Assembly: GCA_007127335.1 (NCBI GenBank)
Contig: SKZO01000156.1
Span: forward strand, 2,658-66,657
DNA from: Spirochaetales bacterium
GTDB taxonomy: Bacteria > Spirochaetota > Spirochaetia > DSM-27196 > SLST01
Direction: 5' to 3'
Length of the DNA stretch: 64,000 nt
The translations under genes were made by a program, and so were the position numbers. Every line of letters begins with the position of its first letter. Position 1 is the first letter of the stretch. Positions 36,216 to 44,940 of the stretch are shown in pieces. The notes beneath the pieces were generated by a model. It was not told the origin of the DNA. It did not search any database and was given only the letters and a program-made list of their open reading frames with translations.

Positions 36216-37253
36216 TTGTCGTCCGGCTCGCCCTTTGTCAACGGGCGGCGCAGACGGTACAGTAGACGAGTGGGAACCCGGTACGACAGGACAGTTCTCG
36301 GCTCGAACGACGACGGCCGGCGTATAGACCGGGTCGTTCGACGTCTGCTCCAGGACGTGCCGTTGAGCCGCATCTACCGGGCGATGCGGTCCGGAGAGAT
36401 CACCGTCAATGGTCGTCGCGTTCAGGGAGACACTCGCGTCTATGAGGGTGACGCGATCGAACTGGCCGAGTCTCTTCACGGCAGACCAACCGCCGTTCGG
36501 AAGAGCGACTCGGGGACCGGGGTCAAGGGTGACGGATCGTCCCTTGCCGGACGCATCGTTCATGAGGACGATGACCTGCTGGTGGTGAACAAGCGCCGTG
36601 GCGAGCTCACCCACGGGCCCGGGTCGCTCGACGCAGCCGTACACGCGTACCTTGCCGGACGTCCGACGAACGGGGTGAGCTTTCGCCCCGGCCCGACCCA
36701 CCGCCTCGACCGAAACACGAGCGGCCTGCTGGTCTTCTCCCTCTCTCTGCGTGGAGCGCAGGCGGCCGCCGCGGCATTTCGCGACGGAACGATGCTCAAG
36801 CGGTACGTCGCGCTGTTCGAAGGCGTGCTTGCGGCCGACGCATGGGACGACCTTCTGAGCCGGGATAGAGCGCACCGGGTGACGCGACAGGCCGGGGGAG
36901 CTGCGTCGGATCCCGGCATGCGTGCCCTGAGTCGGGTGGAACCGATCGCGATCAATGCCACGCACACGCTTGGGCTCGTGCGGATCGCGACGGGGCGGAC
37001 CCATCAGATCAGAGCCCAGGCGGCGATACACGGGCACCCCCTCGCCGGCGACCGGAAATACGGGAGCACCGAATCCGGCTCGTATCTCCTCCATGCCGCC
37101 TCGCTGACGGTCGCACACCCCCGCGAGGGCATCGGGTTCTCGCATCTGTACGCCCGCATCCCGGAGGAGTTTCGCCTTCGCGTGAGAGAAGATTTCGGCC
37201 CGCACGCCCTGCAACGCCTCGATACGATCATCCGGTGCTGTCACGAACCCTGA
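36216..37253 (+). CDS. RluA-family 23S rRNA/tRNA pseudouridine synthase with S4 domain
   Basis: S4-like RIDRVVRRLLQDVPLSRIYRAMRSGEITVNGRRV. Catalytic HRLDRNTSGLLVFS. GRTHQIRAQAA. The start may instead be GTG 36270, which leaves room for divergent promoters. Confidence 0.85.
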   Translation: MSSGSPFVNGRRRRYSRRVGTRYDRTVLGSNDDGRRIDRVVRRLLQDVPLSRIYRAMRSGEITVNGRRVQGDTRVYEGDAIELAESLHGRPTAVRKSDSGTGVKGDGSSLAGRIVHEDDDLLVVNKRRGELTHGPGSLDAAVHAYLAGRPTNGVSFRPGPTHRLDRNTSGLLVFSLSLRGAQAAAAAFRDGTMLKRYVALFEGVLAADAWDDLLSRDRAHRVTRQAGGAASDPGMRALSRVEPIAINATHTLGLVRIATGRTHQIRAQAAIHGHPLAGDRKYGSTESGSYLLHAASLTVAHPREGIGFSHLYARIPEEFRLRVREDFGPHALQRLDTIIRCCHEP

Positions 37254-37302
37254 GGCCGCCGGCTGCATTGAGCCACGCCCCTTCGACCGCTATAGTGAAT
37301 GC

Positions 37303-38190
37303 ATGGCGAAACTGATGGAGCGTCTGCTCTTTCGGCTGCGCGGAATCAAGGTCTTCGCGCTCGTCGGCAAGAGCGGAACGGGAAAGAGTTTCCGGGCCCA
37401 GCTCCTCATGGAAAAGCACTCGATCGATCTCATGATCGACGACGGCCTGCTCATCAAGGATCGCCGCATCATAGCCGGACGCTCGGCGAAGCGTGAGAAG
37501 AACTACCTCGCCGCGGTCAAGACTGCACTGTTCAACGACCGACATCACCGGAACGAGGTTCTTCGCGCGCTCGAATCGATCAGGTTCAAGAGGGTGCTCA
37601 TCCTCGGGACGAGCGAACGGATGGTGATCAAGATCGCCCAGGTGCTGAAGCTCCCTCCAATTCAGAAGATCGTGAAGATCGAGGATATAGCCACGGCAGA
37701 AGAGATCAACACGGCCATCCACTACCGTACCACGCAGGGGCGTCACGTCATCCCCGTTCCCTCGATCGAGCTGAAACGAACCTATCCGAGGATCATGGCC
37801 GACTCGCTGAAGGTCCTGTTTCGCCGTGGCATAGGCGCAGGTCGGCGGAGCAAGGTATTCGAGAAGACTGTCGTCCGTCCGGAGTTCAGCCGCAAGGGCG
37901 AGGTCAGCATCTCGAAGGCCGCGCTGAGTCAGATGATCCTCCACTGCGTCGACGAGTACGGCACCGGTATCAGAATCAAGCGCCTGCTGATCTCGAAGGA
38001 TCGCGATGGCTATCACATCGATCTCTTCCTCGACGTGCCCTTCGGCGTCCAGCTCGCGGGGACGATCCACGAGCTCCAGCGCTATATCGTCGACCAGGTC
38101 GAGCGCTATACCGGGATCATCATAGACGAGCTCAACGTGACGATCGAAAGCCTCGAAACCCCGACGCCGGACAAGGGAAAAAGAGTTTGA
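37303..38190 (+). CDS. fusion protein: HprK-like P-loop domain (N-terminal) + Asp23/Gls24-like domain (C-terminal)
   Basis: N-terminus: GIKVFALVGKSGTGKSFRAQLLMEKHSIDLMIDDGLLI resembles the HPr kinase/phosphorylase P-loop region (G-x-S-G-x-GKS ... h-L-h-x-DD). C-terminus: ISKAALSQMILHCV ... HIDLFLDVPFGVQLAGTIHELQRYIVDQVERYTGIIIDELNVTIESL matches the Asp23 (DUF322) pattern. Confidence 0.6.
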   Translation: MAKLMERLLFRLRGIKVFALVGKSGTGKSFRAQLLMEKHSIDLMIDDGLLIKDRRIIAGRSAKREKNYLAAVKTALFNDRHHRNEVLRALESIRFKRVLILGTSERMVIKIAQVLKLPPIQKIVKIEDIATAEEINTAIHYRTTQGRHVIPVPSIELKRTYPRIMADSLKVLFRRGIGAGRRSKVFEKTVVRPEFSRKGEVSISKAALSQMILHCVDEYGTGIRIKRLLISKDRDGYHIDLFLDVPFGVQLAGTIHELQRYIVDQVERYTGIIIDELNVTIESLETPTPDKGKRV

Positions 38191-38236
38191 CAGGCGAAAC
38201 AACCAGCCACTACTATTCGGTGGAGGAGGCTCCCGG

Positions 38237-39424
38237 ATGCGGAAGATCGCCTTTTTCGTTCTCTTGACAGCATTTGTTGTTGCTCTGTCGGCTCAGACGT
38301 CGAGCTTCGCCGAATACCAGACGGACCACTATCGGGTGCTTTCGGAGATAGGGCAGGATCACGCGAGAGAGACAGCCCTGAAGCTCGAAGCCCTGATGGG
38401 GGTGTTCAACGGGTATTTCCATTTCGATCCGGACGAGCTGCCGGTACGACTGCGGGCCCGGTTCTTCTCGAGCAAGGACCGCTACGACGCCTACCTGCGC
38501 CGTGTGATCGACACAACCCGTGACGACTTCGTCTACCTGCACTACACGGATCTGGCCAAGAGCGAGCTGGTGGGATACGGCATGGACGATGACGCGTTCG
38601 ATCTTTCGCTCAAGCACCAGGGATTCGTGCAGTTTCTCAGGGCGTTCGTCCCCAATCCGCCGCTCTGGCTGCGGGAAGGGTTCGCCGTCTACTTCGAGGA
38701 GGTCGAGTTTGGCGATCAGCTCGAGACGGCGATATACCGCGAGAATCTTGCCTGGCTCGAGACGCTGCAGTCGATCATGGACGGGACAGCGGGAGTCGCG
38801 CCGATACCGCTGTCGGAGATGCTGCGGATGAACGTCGAGCAAGCTCGAGCCCGGATCGAAGTGTTCTACCCTCAGGCCTGGGGAATGGTGAGCTTCCTCC
38901 TCAACAGCGACGAGCGCCACTATAACAGAATCGTCTGGGACTCCATCAGCGCCCTCGAGACCGATGCGAGTCTTGCGGAGAACTCGGCCAACGTCTGGCA
39001 TCGAGCCTTTCGCTGGCACCCTGAGGAGGAGCTGGTCGACTCATTCGTCGAGTACGTCGGGAGTCGCCGAAGCTTCCGCATGCTCGTCGAGGAAGGAATC
39101 GATCTCTACAACGAGGGTGAGCTCGCCGCGGCCCGGGAGGCGTTCCGCGAGGCGATCACGCTGCGCGACGACAGTTTCGTCCCGTACTACTACCTGGGGC
39201 TGATCAGCTATGACGAGAGAGACCACAGTACGGCGGACCGGTACTACCGCGAGGCGCTTGCACGGGGGGCCGCACCGGCTCTGACGTATTACGCGCTGGG
39301 AGTCAACGCCTACGCGGACAACCGCTTTGACGATGCAGAAGGGTATCTCGAGCAGACCGTCTCGCTCGACCCGGGCGAATACGAGGACAAGGCGACGCAG
39401 TTACTCGAGCGGATACGGGGATAA
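38237..39424 (+). CDS. secreted protein with TPR repeats (DUF1570/peptidase-MA-like N-terminal region possible)
   Basis: Signal peptide MRKIAFFVLLTAFVVALSAQ. C-terminal TPRs (AAAREAFREAITLRDDSFVPYYYLGLISY, YYREALARGAAPALTYYALGVNAY, AEGYLEQTVSLDP). The N-terminal half is unassigned. Confidence 0.6.
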   Translation: MRKIAFFVLLTAFVVALSAQTSSFAEYQTDHYRVLSEIGQDHARETALKLEALMGVFNGYFHFDPDELPVRLRARFFSSKDRYDAYLRRVIDTTRDDFVYLHYTDLAKSELVGYGMDDDAFDLSLKHQGFVQFLRAFVPNPPLWLREGFAVYFEEVEFGDQLETAIYRENLAWLETLQSIMDGTAGVAPIPLSEMLRMNVEQARARIEVFYPQAWGMVSFLLNSDERHYNRIVWDSISALETDASLAENSANVWHRAFRWHPEEELVDSFVEYVGSRRSFRMLVEEGIDLYNEGELAAAREAFREAITLRDDSFVPYYYLGLISYDERDHSTADRYYREALARGAAPALTYYALGVNAYADNRFDDAEGYLEQTVSLDPGEYEDKATQLLERIRG

Positions 39425-39437
39425 TCTTGCAGGACGG

Positions 39438-40634
39438 CTACGTATCCGCGCGGGGTCGCTCGGTGCCGGGCGAACGCCGCCGACGCGGCCGTCGTCGTCG
39501 GCTCGGTTTCCGTTCATCCTCGTCCGGTGAGCCGGTCCAGGGCTGATCCTCCTCGCGCTGACGCTGCGAAGGAGGGGTCGGCTCGAATGAACCCAGCTTC
39601 CGGTAGTGTTTGCGGCGCCTGATGAGGTACACGAGCGCCATCTCTACGTCCTTGTTCGCGGGAACAAGAGGTCTGATCAGACGCTTGAGCTCGGCGAATG
39701 CTTCAGGAAAGGGTATGCGTTCCTGACGCCCGGTGCTCGTGTGCTCGAACAGGTAGTCTCCGCAGAGGTAGGCAATCGCTCGGGATCGGCGGTCCTCTCC
39801 ATAGCGCACCTCCTCGTCGAGCTCTCCGAGCCGGGAAAGCAACCGATCCCGGTATCGGGAATCACTGCCCGCGAGAACCGCCGGCGCAGGCACCATGTGT
39901 CGCAGCAGCTTGTACGCGATGCACTCGCGGAAGATCCCCTGTGAGTACCCCGACAGGAGTATCTTGAACACTTCCTCTGTCATCCGCGAGGGCGGCGTCT
40001 GGGAGAGCAGGTCGGCGTTCCGCCTGATTTGACGACGGAGCTTCCCCACGAGGGTGAATCCGGTTGCTGCCTGGTACTTGATCGCACGGATCATGCGAAC
40101 CGGATCTTCGCTGAAGATGCGCTCGACCGGTATCAAAGGCCTGATCTTCCGGGCTCGTATGTCCTTCACCCCGCCTACGTAGTCGATGATGCGGCCGTCG
40201 GCCGGGTTGTAGTAGAGGGCGTTCAGCGTGAAGTCGCGTCGGAACACGTCCTCCTCGATATCTCCGTACTCGTTCTGGAATCCTGCAGACGTCTCGCTGC
40301 GAAAGGTGGAGACTTCGATGATCTTCGGCCCGAAAAAGATGTGGACGAGCCGGAACCTTCGGCCGATTACACGGGAGTTGCGGAAGAGGCGCCGAATGCG
40401 GTTCGGCTGCGCGTCCGTGGCGATGTCAAAGTCCTTCGGCGCGTTTCCGATGAGCAGATCGCGAACCGCCCCGCCCACGATGTAGGCATGGTGCCCCGCG
40501 GCGTGCAGGCGTCGGGCGATCTTCACCGCATCCGGGTCGATCCGCTCGGTCGTAATGGAGTGTTCTTCGGGTGTGTAGATCACGGCCTGCTGCTTCGCGC
40601 GGCCCTGATCGTCCTTGGTATATCGAACGAGCAA
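39438..40634 (-). CDS. poly(A) polymerase / tRNA nucleotidyltransferase (PcnB/CCA family) with Arg-rich C-terminal tail
   Basis: AYIVGGAVRDLLIGNAPKDFDIATDAQP and RFRLVHIFFG are the head-domain signature of class II nucleotidyltransferases. The tail reads KPSRRRRPRRRRSPG. Confidence 0.8.
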   Translation of the reverse strand: MLVRYTKDDQGRAKQQAVIYTPEEHSITTERIDPDAVKIARRLHAAGHHAYIVGGAVRDLLIGNAPKDFDIATDAQPNRIRRLFRNSRVIGRRFRLVHIFFGPKIIEVSTFRSETSAGFQNEYGDIEEDVFRRDFTLNALYYNPADGRIIDYVGGVKDIRARKIRPLIPVERIFSEDPVRMIRAIKYQAATGFTLVGKLRRQIRRNADLLSQTPPSRMTEEVFKILLSGYSQGIFRECIAYKLLRHMVPAPAVLAGSDSRYRDRLLSRLGELDEEVRYGEDRRSRAIAYLCGDYLFEHTSTGRQERIPFPEAFAELKRLIRPLVPANKDVEMALVYLIRRRKHYRKLGSFEPTPPSQRQREEDQPWTGSPDEDERKPSRRRRPRRRRSPGTERPRADT

Positions 40635-40773
40635 GCATAACCCCTGGGGATGCCTATCAAGTACCGAAACTCACGGTCCGGGTCAAGGGGCAGAGGCGCA
40701 GGGCACCGTGGAGCGGCTCCCATGGGCCGTGCCCGATTGTCGGCACGCGCAGACTCCTGTACCTTGGACGTGG

Positions 40774-42687
40774 ATGACCGGACGTACCATGGCTGCCGTG
40801 GGCCTGTGGCTGACGGCGGCGATCGTTCCCCTATTCGCGCAACATGCACTCCACGTCGAGGCAAGAGTCGGGTTTGGTGGGCTCTTCCGGGCCGGTTCGT
40901 GGACACCCGTGTCGGTGACGGTGACGAACCTCGGGGCGGATGTATCGGGGCTGCTGTCGCTGCAGATCGAGCGCGGAGAACGGCTTGGAACGGCTCGGTT
41001 CCCGGTCGTGTACGACCAGCCGGCAGAGATCGCGCGCGGAGGCACGAAGGAGTACTCCTTCATCGTGCCGCTCGATACGTCGGTGTACCCCTTGACGGTG
41101 ACGATCACCGATGGCGACCGGGCGGACGGCGGCGCGGTGGCCCACACGGAGCGTTTCGACCTGCGCGGCCGCAGCGTGCCCGGCAGACTCGCACTCGTCC
41201 TCACCCGGCGACCGGAGCTCGACTTCCTTCTCCCGCTCTACAACACGCGCGAAGAACGAGGTCTCGAGCTCGTATATCCGCTTCCGGAGCACCTGCCGGA
41301 TCACTGGCACGGGTACGACGCAGCAGACCTCGTGGTGCTGCATGACGGCCGGCTGCACGACCTCACCTCGCGGCAGGTGGCCGCGATTCGCGACTGGGTT
41401 GCCTCAGGCGGACGGCTCGTCGTGTCCGCGGGCGCTCACTTCGGGCCGTCGCAGACCAGGACGCTCCTGCCGCTGGGAGACTTCACGGTACGCGAGACGA
41501 CGGCGACCACTACAAGCGCAGCCGGATTCGGCGAAATCGGGCTCCCCGTCGCAGAGGACGAGCGCGACGCCGTCGTCGTGGTGAGCGCCTTCGCCGAGCA
41601 CGGTTCACGGATCAGCCGCCTGTCGGTCGGCCGCGGCGAGGTCGTGCTGCTGCCGTTCGACTACGCCCAGCTCTCGCGGCTCGCACCGCTGACGAGCGCA
41701 GCGCTATGGAGCTCCCTGCTCGAGACGACGCCCGCCGACCGGCGACTGCCGACCGAGGTACGTCGCCGGGTCTTCGAGACCGACCTCCTCGCCAACCAGC
41801 TCGCGCTCCCCATCTACCGGTTTCCTTCACGCATGGCTGTGCTCGGACTCCTGGGCGCCTACGTCTTCGGGCTCGCTACTGTTCTCATGCGGGCGGCGAG
41901 CGAGCGGCGTTCGATTCGTCGCCCGCTGGTGCTCGCGGCGACCGCCGCTGCGGTTGCCGCGATGATCGCCATCGTCACCGCGGGCGGCCACATCGGGCTC
42001 ACCCGGCACATGCAGCCGGTAGCAGCGCTCGCCCTTGGCCTCGAACGGGCGGAGCTGCCGGAAACCGGCGGCTACGCCGTCGTGACGCGTGAGACTGCAT
42101 TGTTCAGTCGCCGCGCAGGGGAGTACCACATAGGCTACGCGGGCTCTCCGGTCGTTCTCCCAATGGCCGAACGCACGCACCACACGCGACAGGACGAGCA
42201 GACGGTTCGCCAGCGGGTGACGGTTGACCGCTGGGGGTACGAGAACACGATGGCGCTCCAGGTGATGCCGTTCGAGCTGCACTCGAGCGTGCGAAGCGGC
42301 CCCGGATTCGCAGAGGTCGTGCTCACCAACTCAACCGACCGACGGATCCGCGACATCGTGCTGCTGCGCAACGGGCACCCGGAGCACCTGGGAGACCTCG
42401 ATCCGGGATCGATTGTCGAGCATCTCTCTCTGGTGAAGCCCGACACGGGGTTCCGGTCGATCAACTGGGAGGAGTTCGTCGGCGACGATGATCTGCGGCC
42501 GAATCGTGCCCGGTTGGTTGGGGACATCGCACGGAGACAGCGTTTCGAGGGCAGCGCCGCTGCCGATCTCATCATCGTCGGATGGACCGAGCATCCGCTG
42601 CTGCCCATGTCGCTCGAACCCGCGTTCCAGACCACCATCGATCTTCATGTCGTCACGATCCCCATGTATCTTGGGCGAGGTGAGTGA
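40774..42687 (+). CDS. large secreted/membrane protein of unknown function; first gene of the MoxR/VWA cluster
   Basis: Signal peptide (MAAVGLWLTAAIVPLFAQ). A beta-rich N-terminal domain. A segment DLVVLHDGRLHDLTSRQVAAIRDWVASGGRLVVSAG reminiscent of GATase1-like DUF4350/GldG-type domains. Two central TMs (MAVLGLLGAYVFGLATVL; LVLAATAAAVAAMIAIV). A C-terminal domain. Stop overlaps the next start. Confidence 0.55.
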   Translation: MTGRTMAAVGLWLTAAIVPLFAQHALHVEARVGFGGLFRAGSWTPVSVTVTNLGADVSGLLSLQIERGERLGTARFPVVYDQPAEIARGGTKEYSFIVPLDTSVYPLTVTITDGDRADGGAVAHTERFDLRGRSVPGRLALVLTRRPELDFLLPLYNTREERGLELVYPLPEHLPDHWHGYDAADLVVLHDGRLHDLTSRQVAAIRDWVASGGRLVVSAGAHFGPSQTRTLLPLGDFTVRETTATTTSAAGFGEIGLPVAEDERDAVVVVSAFAEHGSRISRLSVGRGEVVLLPFDYAQLSRLAPLTSAALWSSLLETTPADRRLPTEVRRRVFETDLLANQLALPIYRFPSRMAVLGLLGAYVFGLATVLMRAASERRSIRRPLVLAATAAAVAAMIAIVTAGGHIGLTRHMQPVAALALGLERAELPETGGYAVVTRETALFSRRAGEYHIGYAGSPVVLPMAERTHHTRQDEQTVRQRVTVDRWGYENTMALQVMPFELHSSVRSGPGFAEVVLTNSTDRRIRDIVLLRNGHPEHLGDLDPGSIVEHLSLVKPDTGFRSINWEEFVGDDDLRPNRARLVGDIARRQRFEGSAAADLIIVGWTEHPLLPMSLEPAFQTTIDLHVVTIPMYLGRGE

Positions 42688-43427
42688 TGCCGAATCCCCT
42701 GCTGACCGAGGCCGTTGCCGTCTACCTTCGCAGGCGTGGGTACGTCGTCCTGCACGCTGCGGTAGCGCTGACGATGACCCTCGCGGCCGTGGCGTTCTGG
42801 CCTCCCCACGGCCTCCTTCACTACTTCAGAACGGAGACGCAGCCGCTCGTCCTGCACGCGACGCTGATCGTCCAGGTCGTGCTCGTGACCGCTGCCAGTC
42901 TGACCGCGGGGCTCGACACCATCGCCGCAGACGCCATCATCCGCCATTCGGAGTGGCTCGAGCGCACCGCGCTGCCGGTCGGGGTGATCGTACGGGGAAA
43001 GCTGGTCGCTGCGGTGATACACACGGCCGTTCTCACGCTGCTCGGCCTGCCTGCGACGGTTGTCGCGGCCGGACCGGCCGGATCGGGCCTCGCACCCGTG
43101 TTCGTGGCCCAGCTGGTGGTCTTTGGGGCGGGGACGGCGGCCCGGACGACCGGGATGATCGTCTCGCACTATGGCGAGCGAAACTACGTCGTGCGTATCA
43201 CCGGCGGATGGGTATTTCTCGCGCTCCTGTTCGTCGCAACGATCATCGTCTACCCGCCTCTCAACCCGATCGCCGGCGTTGCTCTGGCTCCGGGTGCCTC
43301 GGATCTCGACCCGATCCTCGAGTCCGCCGGCTCCCTTCTGGCCGCAACGCTCCTGCTCATGATCTGGTACCGGGTCTCGCTCGCTCGTCACCGGGAGAGA
43401 ACGCAAGGTGAGGTGCCGAATGCGTGA
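42684..43427 (+). CDS. integral membrane protein (about 6 TM, ABC-2-permease-like topology), unknown function
   Basis: 247 aa of alternating hydrophobic helices. Start is GTG 42684 or ATG 42687, overlapping the upstream TGA. No ATPase partner is nearby. Confidence 0.55.
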   Translation: MMPNPLLTEAVAVYLRRRGYVVLHAAVALTMTLAAVAFWPPHGLLHYFRTETQPLVLHATLIVQVVLVTAASLTAGLDTIAADAIIRHSEWLERTALPVGVIVRGKLVAAVIHTAVLTLLGLPATVVAAGPAGSGLAPVFVAQLVVFGAGTAARTTGMIVSHYGERNYVVRITGGWVFLALLFVATIIVYPPLNPIAGVALAPGASDLDPILESAGSLLAATLLLMIWYRVSLARHRERTQGEVPNA

Positions 43428-44940
43428 GCCGACGGTGAGGGGTCTCGAGCGTCTCGTTCACGCCCTCGAGCTGCGATGGCGGGCCGTCCTTCTTCTGCGG
43501 ATGGCCGTCAATGCACTCTCTGTCAGCCTTGGCGTCTCACTCGCGGCGCTTCTCATGCGGGTGGCGTCCGATCTGACATTTTCCATCCCCGCGGTCCTGT
43601 TGCTCCTCAACGGTTCGGCAGCCGCGGCGGCGATCCTCATCGCAGCGCTCGCGGGACGCGATGCGACGGTGTTCCTCATCGATGCCGACCGGGTCTACCA
43701 CCTGCACTCGTTGCTCCTGTCCGGACACGAGTTTGCCGATGCGCGAGAGGCGTCGGATGCAGGAGGCCGTGCTGCCTTCGAGCAGATCGTCGTTGCACGA
43801 GCGGCGCGGGCGGCGCCGGAGATAGACCCCCGCCGCGTCTACCCGGCCGGAACGCCCCGAAGAGCCGCCGTCGTCGGCTGCTTCGCAGTCGCCATCGCAA
43901 CCGTCCTCGTGCTTGATGCGAGCGGGGTGTTCGCACGTCCGGTGGCGCCGTTCGCGCAGGACGGTCTGCTTCTCGAAGATGCCGGTCGGCGACTCGCGGC
44001 TCGCGCGGACAGGGATGAACAGCTGCTCGCTCTTGCCGACGAGTTCGGACGCTTGAGCGAGCTTCTGCAGCGCGGCGAGGCCGATCCGGACGAGGCGCGA
44101 CGACGTGTGGAGTCGCTCGGGGAGCGTGTAGAGCAGCAGTTGCGCGACATCGAGCGGACGGCCCCGTTCGACGACGACGGGACGACCTTCCCTCCGGAGG
44201 CCGAGGCCGCGATCCGCACGGCGCTGCGGTCCGGCATGAGCGAGTCCCAGGTGGTGGAGTTTTTCGTGCGCATGAGATCGCAGGGCGAAACGATTCCGGA
44301 TATCGTCGAGGCGCTCGACGAGGCACCCGCGGACCGGGTCCCGGACACGACGCTGGGTCTCAGCGACGAGCAGATCCGGAGTCTGATCGACCAGATCAAC
44401 CGCCCGACACCCGACGACGCCGTCACCGATCTGACCGAGGAGCTGCGGGAATCACAGCGCGTGCTGCAGCAGATGGGCGCCGGACTCGCCGAGCTCACCG
44501 AAGGCCAGGATGAACGAATCGGCGAGGCGGAGGACTCGGGTGTCGGCCGGGACCCGACGAGCCGCGAGATGCGCGCCGAAGAGGTTCAGCCGGAGGATGC
44601 GTCGGGCGACACGGCACAGGGGGACGGTGGCCGCGAAGGCGGCACAGTCGCGGCGGAGCCGCGGATGGACGGCGACCACCGGCGACCGGAGGAGGGGCCG
44701 ATCTTCCGGGAGCTGCGGGGGATCGTGACCGACGGCACGATCATGGAGATCATCATCCGGGATCTGCCCGCGGAGGCTACGTCGAAGCTGTCCGAGCAGG
44801 AGCGAGCAGTCATGATCGAGCGAGTGGTAGAAGAGGCCGTTTCGCGCGAAGCTCCGCCGCCGGAGATTCGTTCTCTTGTACGCAACTACTTCCTGAGGCT
44901 TGCCGGCACCGGCGGAGGATCACATGATGAACAGGAATGA
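43408..44940 (+). CDS. membrane-anchored acidic coiled-coil protein, unknown function (DUF4175-like?)
   Basis: N-terminal TMs (AVNALSVSLGVSLAALLM; IPAVLLLLNGSAAAAAILIAAL; AAVVGCFAVAIATVLVL). A long D/E-rich helical region follows. The C-terminus reads PPEIRSLVRNYFLRLAG. Start is GTG 43408 or ATG 43420, overlapping the upstream stop. Confidence 0.55.
   Translation: MRCRMREPTVRGLERLVHALELRWRAVLLLRMAVNALSVSLGVSLAALLMRVASDLTFSIPAVLLLLNGSAAAAAILIAALAGRDATVFLIDADRVYHLHSLLLSGHEFADAREASDAGGRAAFEQIVVARAARAAPEIDPRRVYPAGTPRRAAVVGCFAVAIATVLVLDASGVFARPVAPFAQDGLLLEDAGRRLAARADRDEQLLALADEFGRLSELLQRGEADPDEARRRVESLGERVEQQLRDIERTAPFDDDGTTFPPEAEAAIRTALRSGMSESQVVEFFVRMRSQGETIPDIVEALDEAPADRVPDTTLGLSDEQIRSLIDQINRPTPDDAVTDLTEELRESQRVLQQMGAGLAELTEGQDERIGEAEDSGVGRDPTSREMRAEEVQPEDASGDTAQGDGGREGGTVAAEPRMDGDHRRPEEGPIFRELRGIVTDGTIMEIIIRDLPAEATSKLSEQERAVMIERVVEEAVSREAPPPEIRSLVRNYFLRLAGTGGGSHDEQE

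Noticed and set aside
35724-37268. 514-aa minus-strand ORF in the track.
   Set aside because: It is a chimera. Only the last 159 codons (from ATG 36203) look like a real protein (DUF212/PAP2-like, PSSHS motif). The upstream ~355 codons are antisense to a well-supported RluA-family pseudouridine synthase (HRLDRNTSG, GRTHQIR) on the plus strand, and they have Arg/Pro/Gly-rich shadow-frame composition.
40615-40773. 53-codon N-terminal extension of the first MoxR-cluster gene, overlapping the pcnB-like gene start.
   Set aside because: The extension would overlap the divergent nucleotidyltransferase gene's 5' end and precedes the signal peptide. ATG 40774 or 40789 gives a normal signal sequence.
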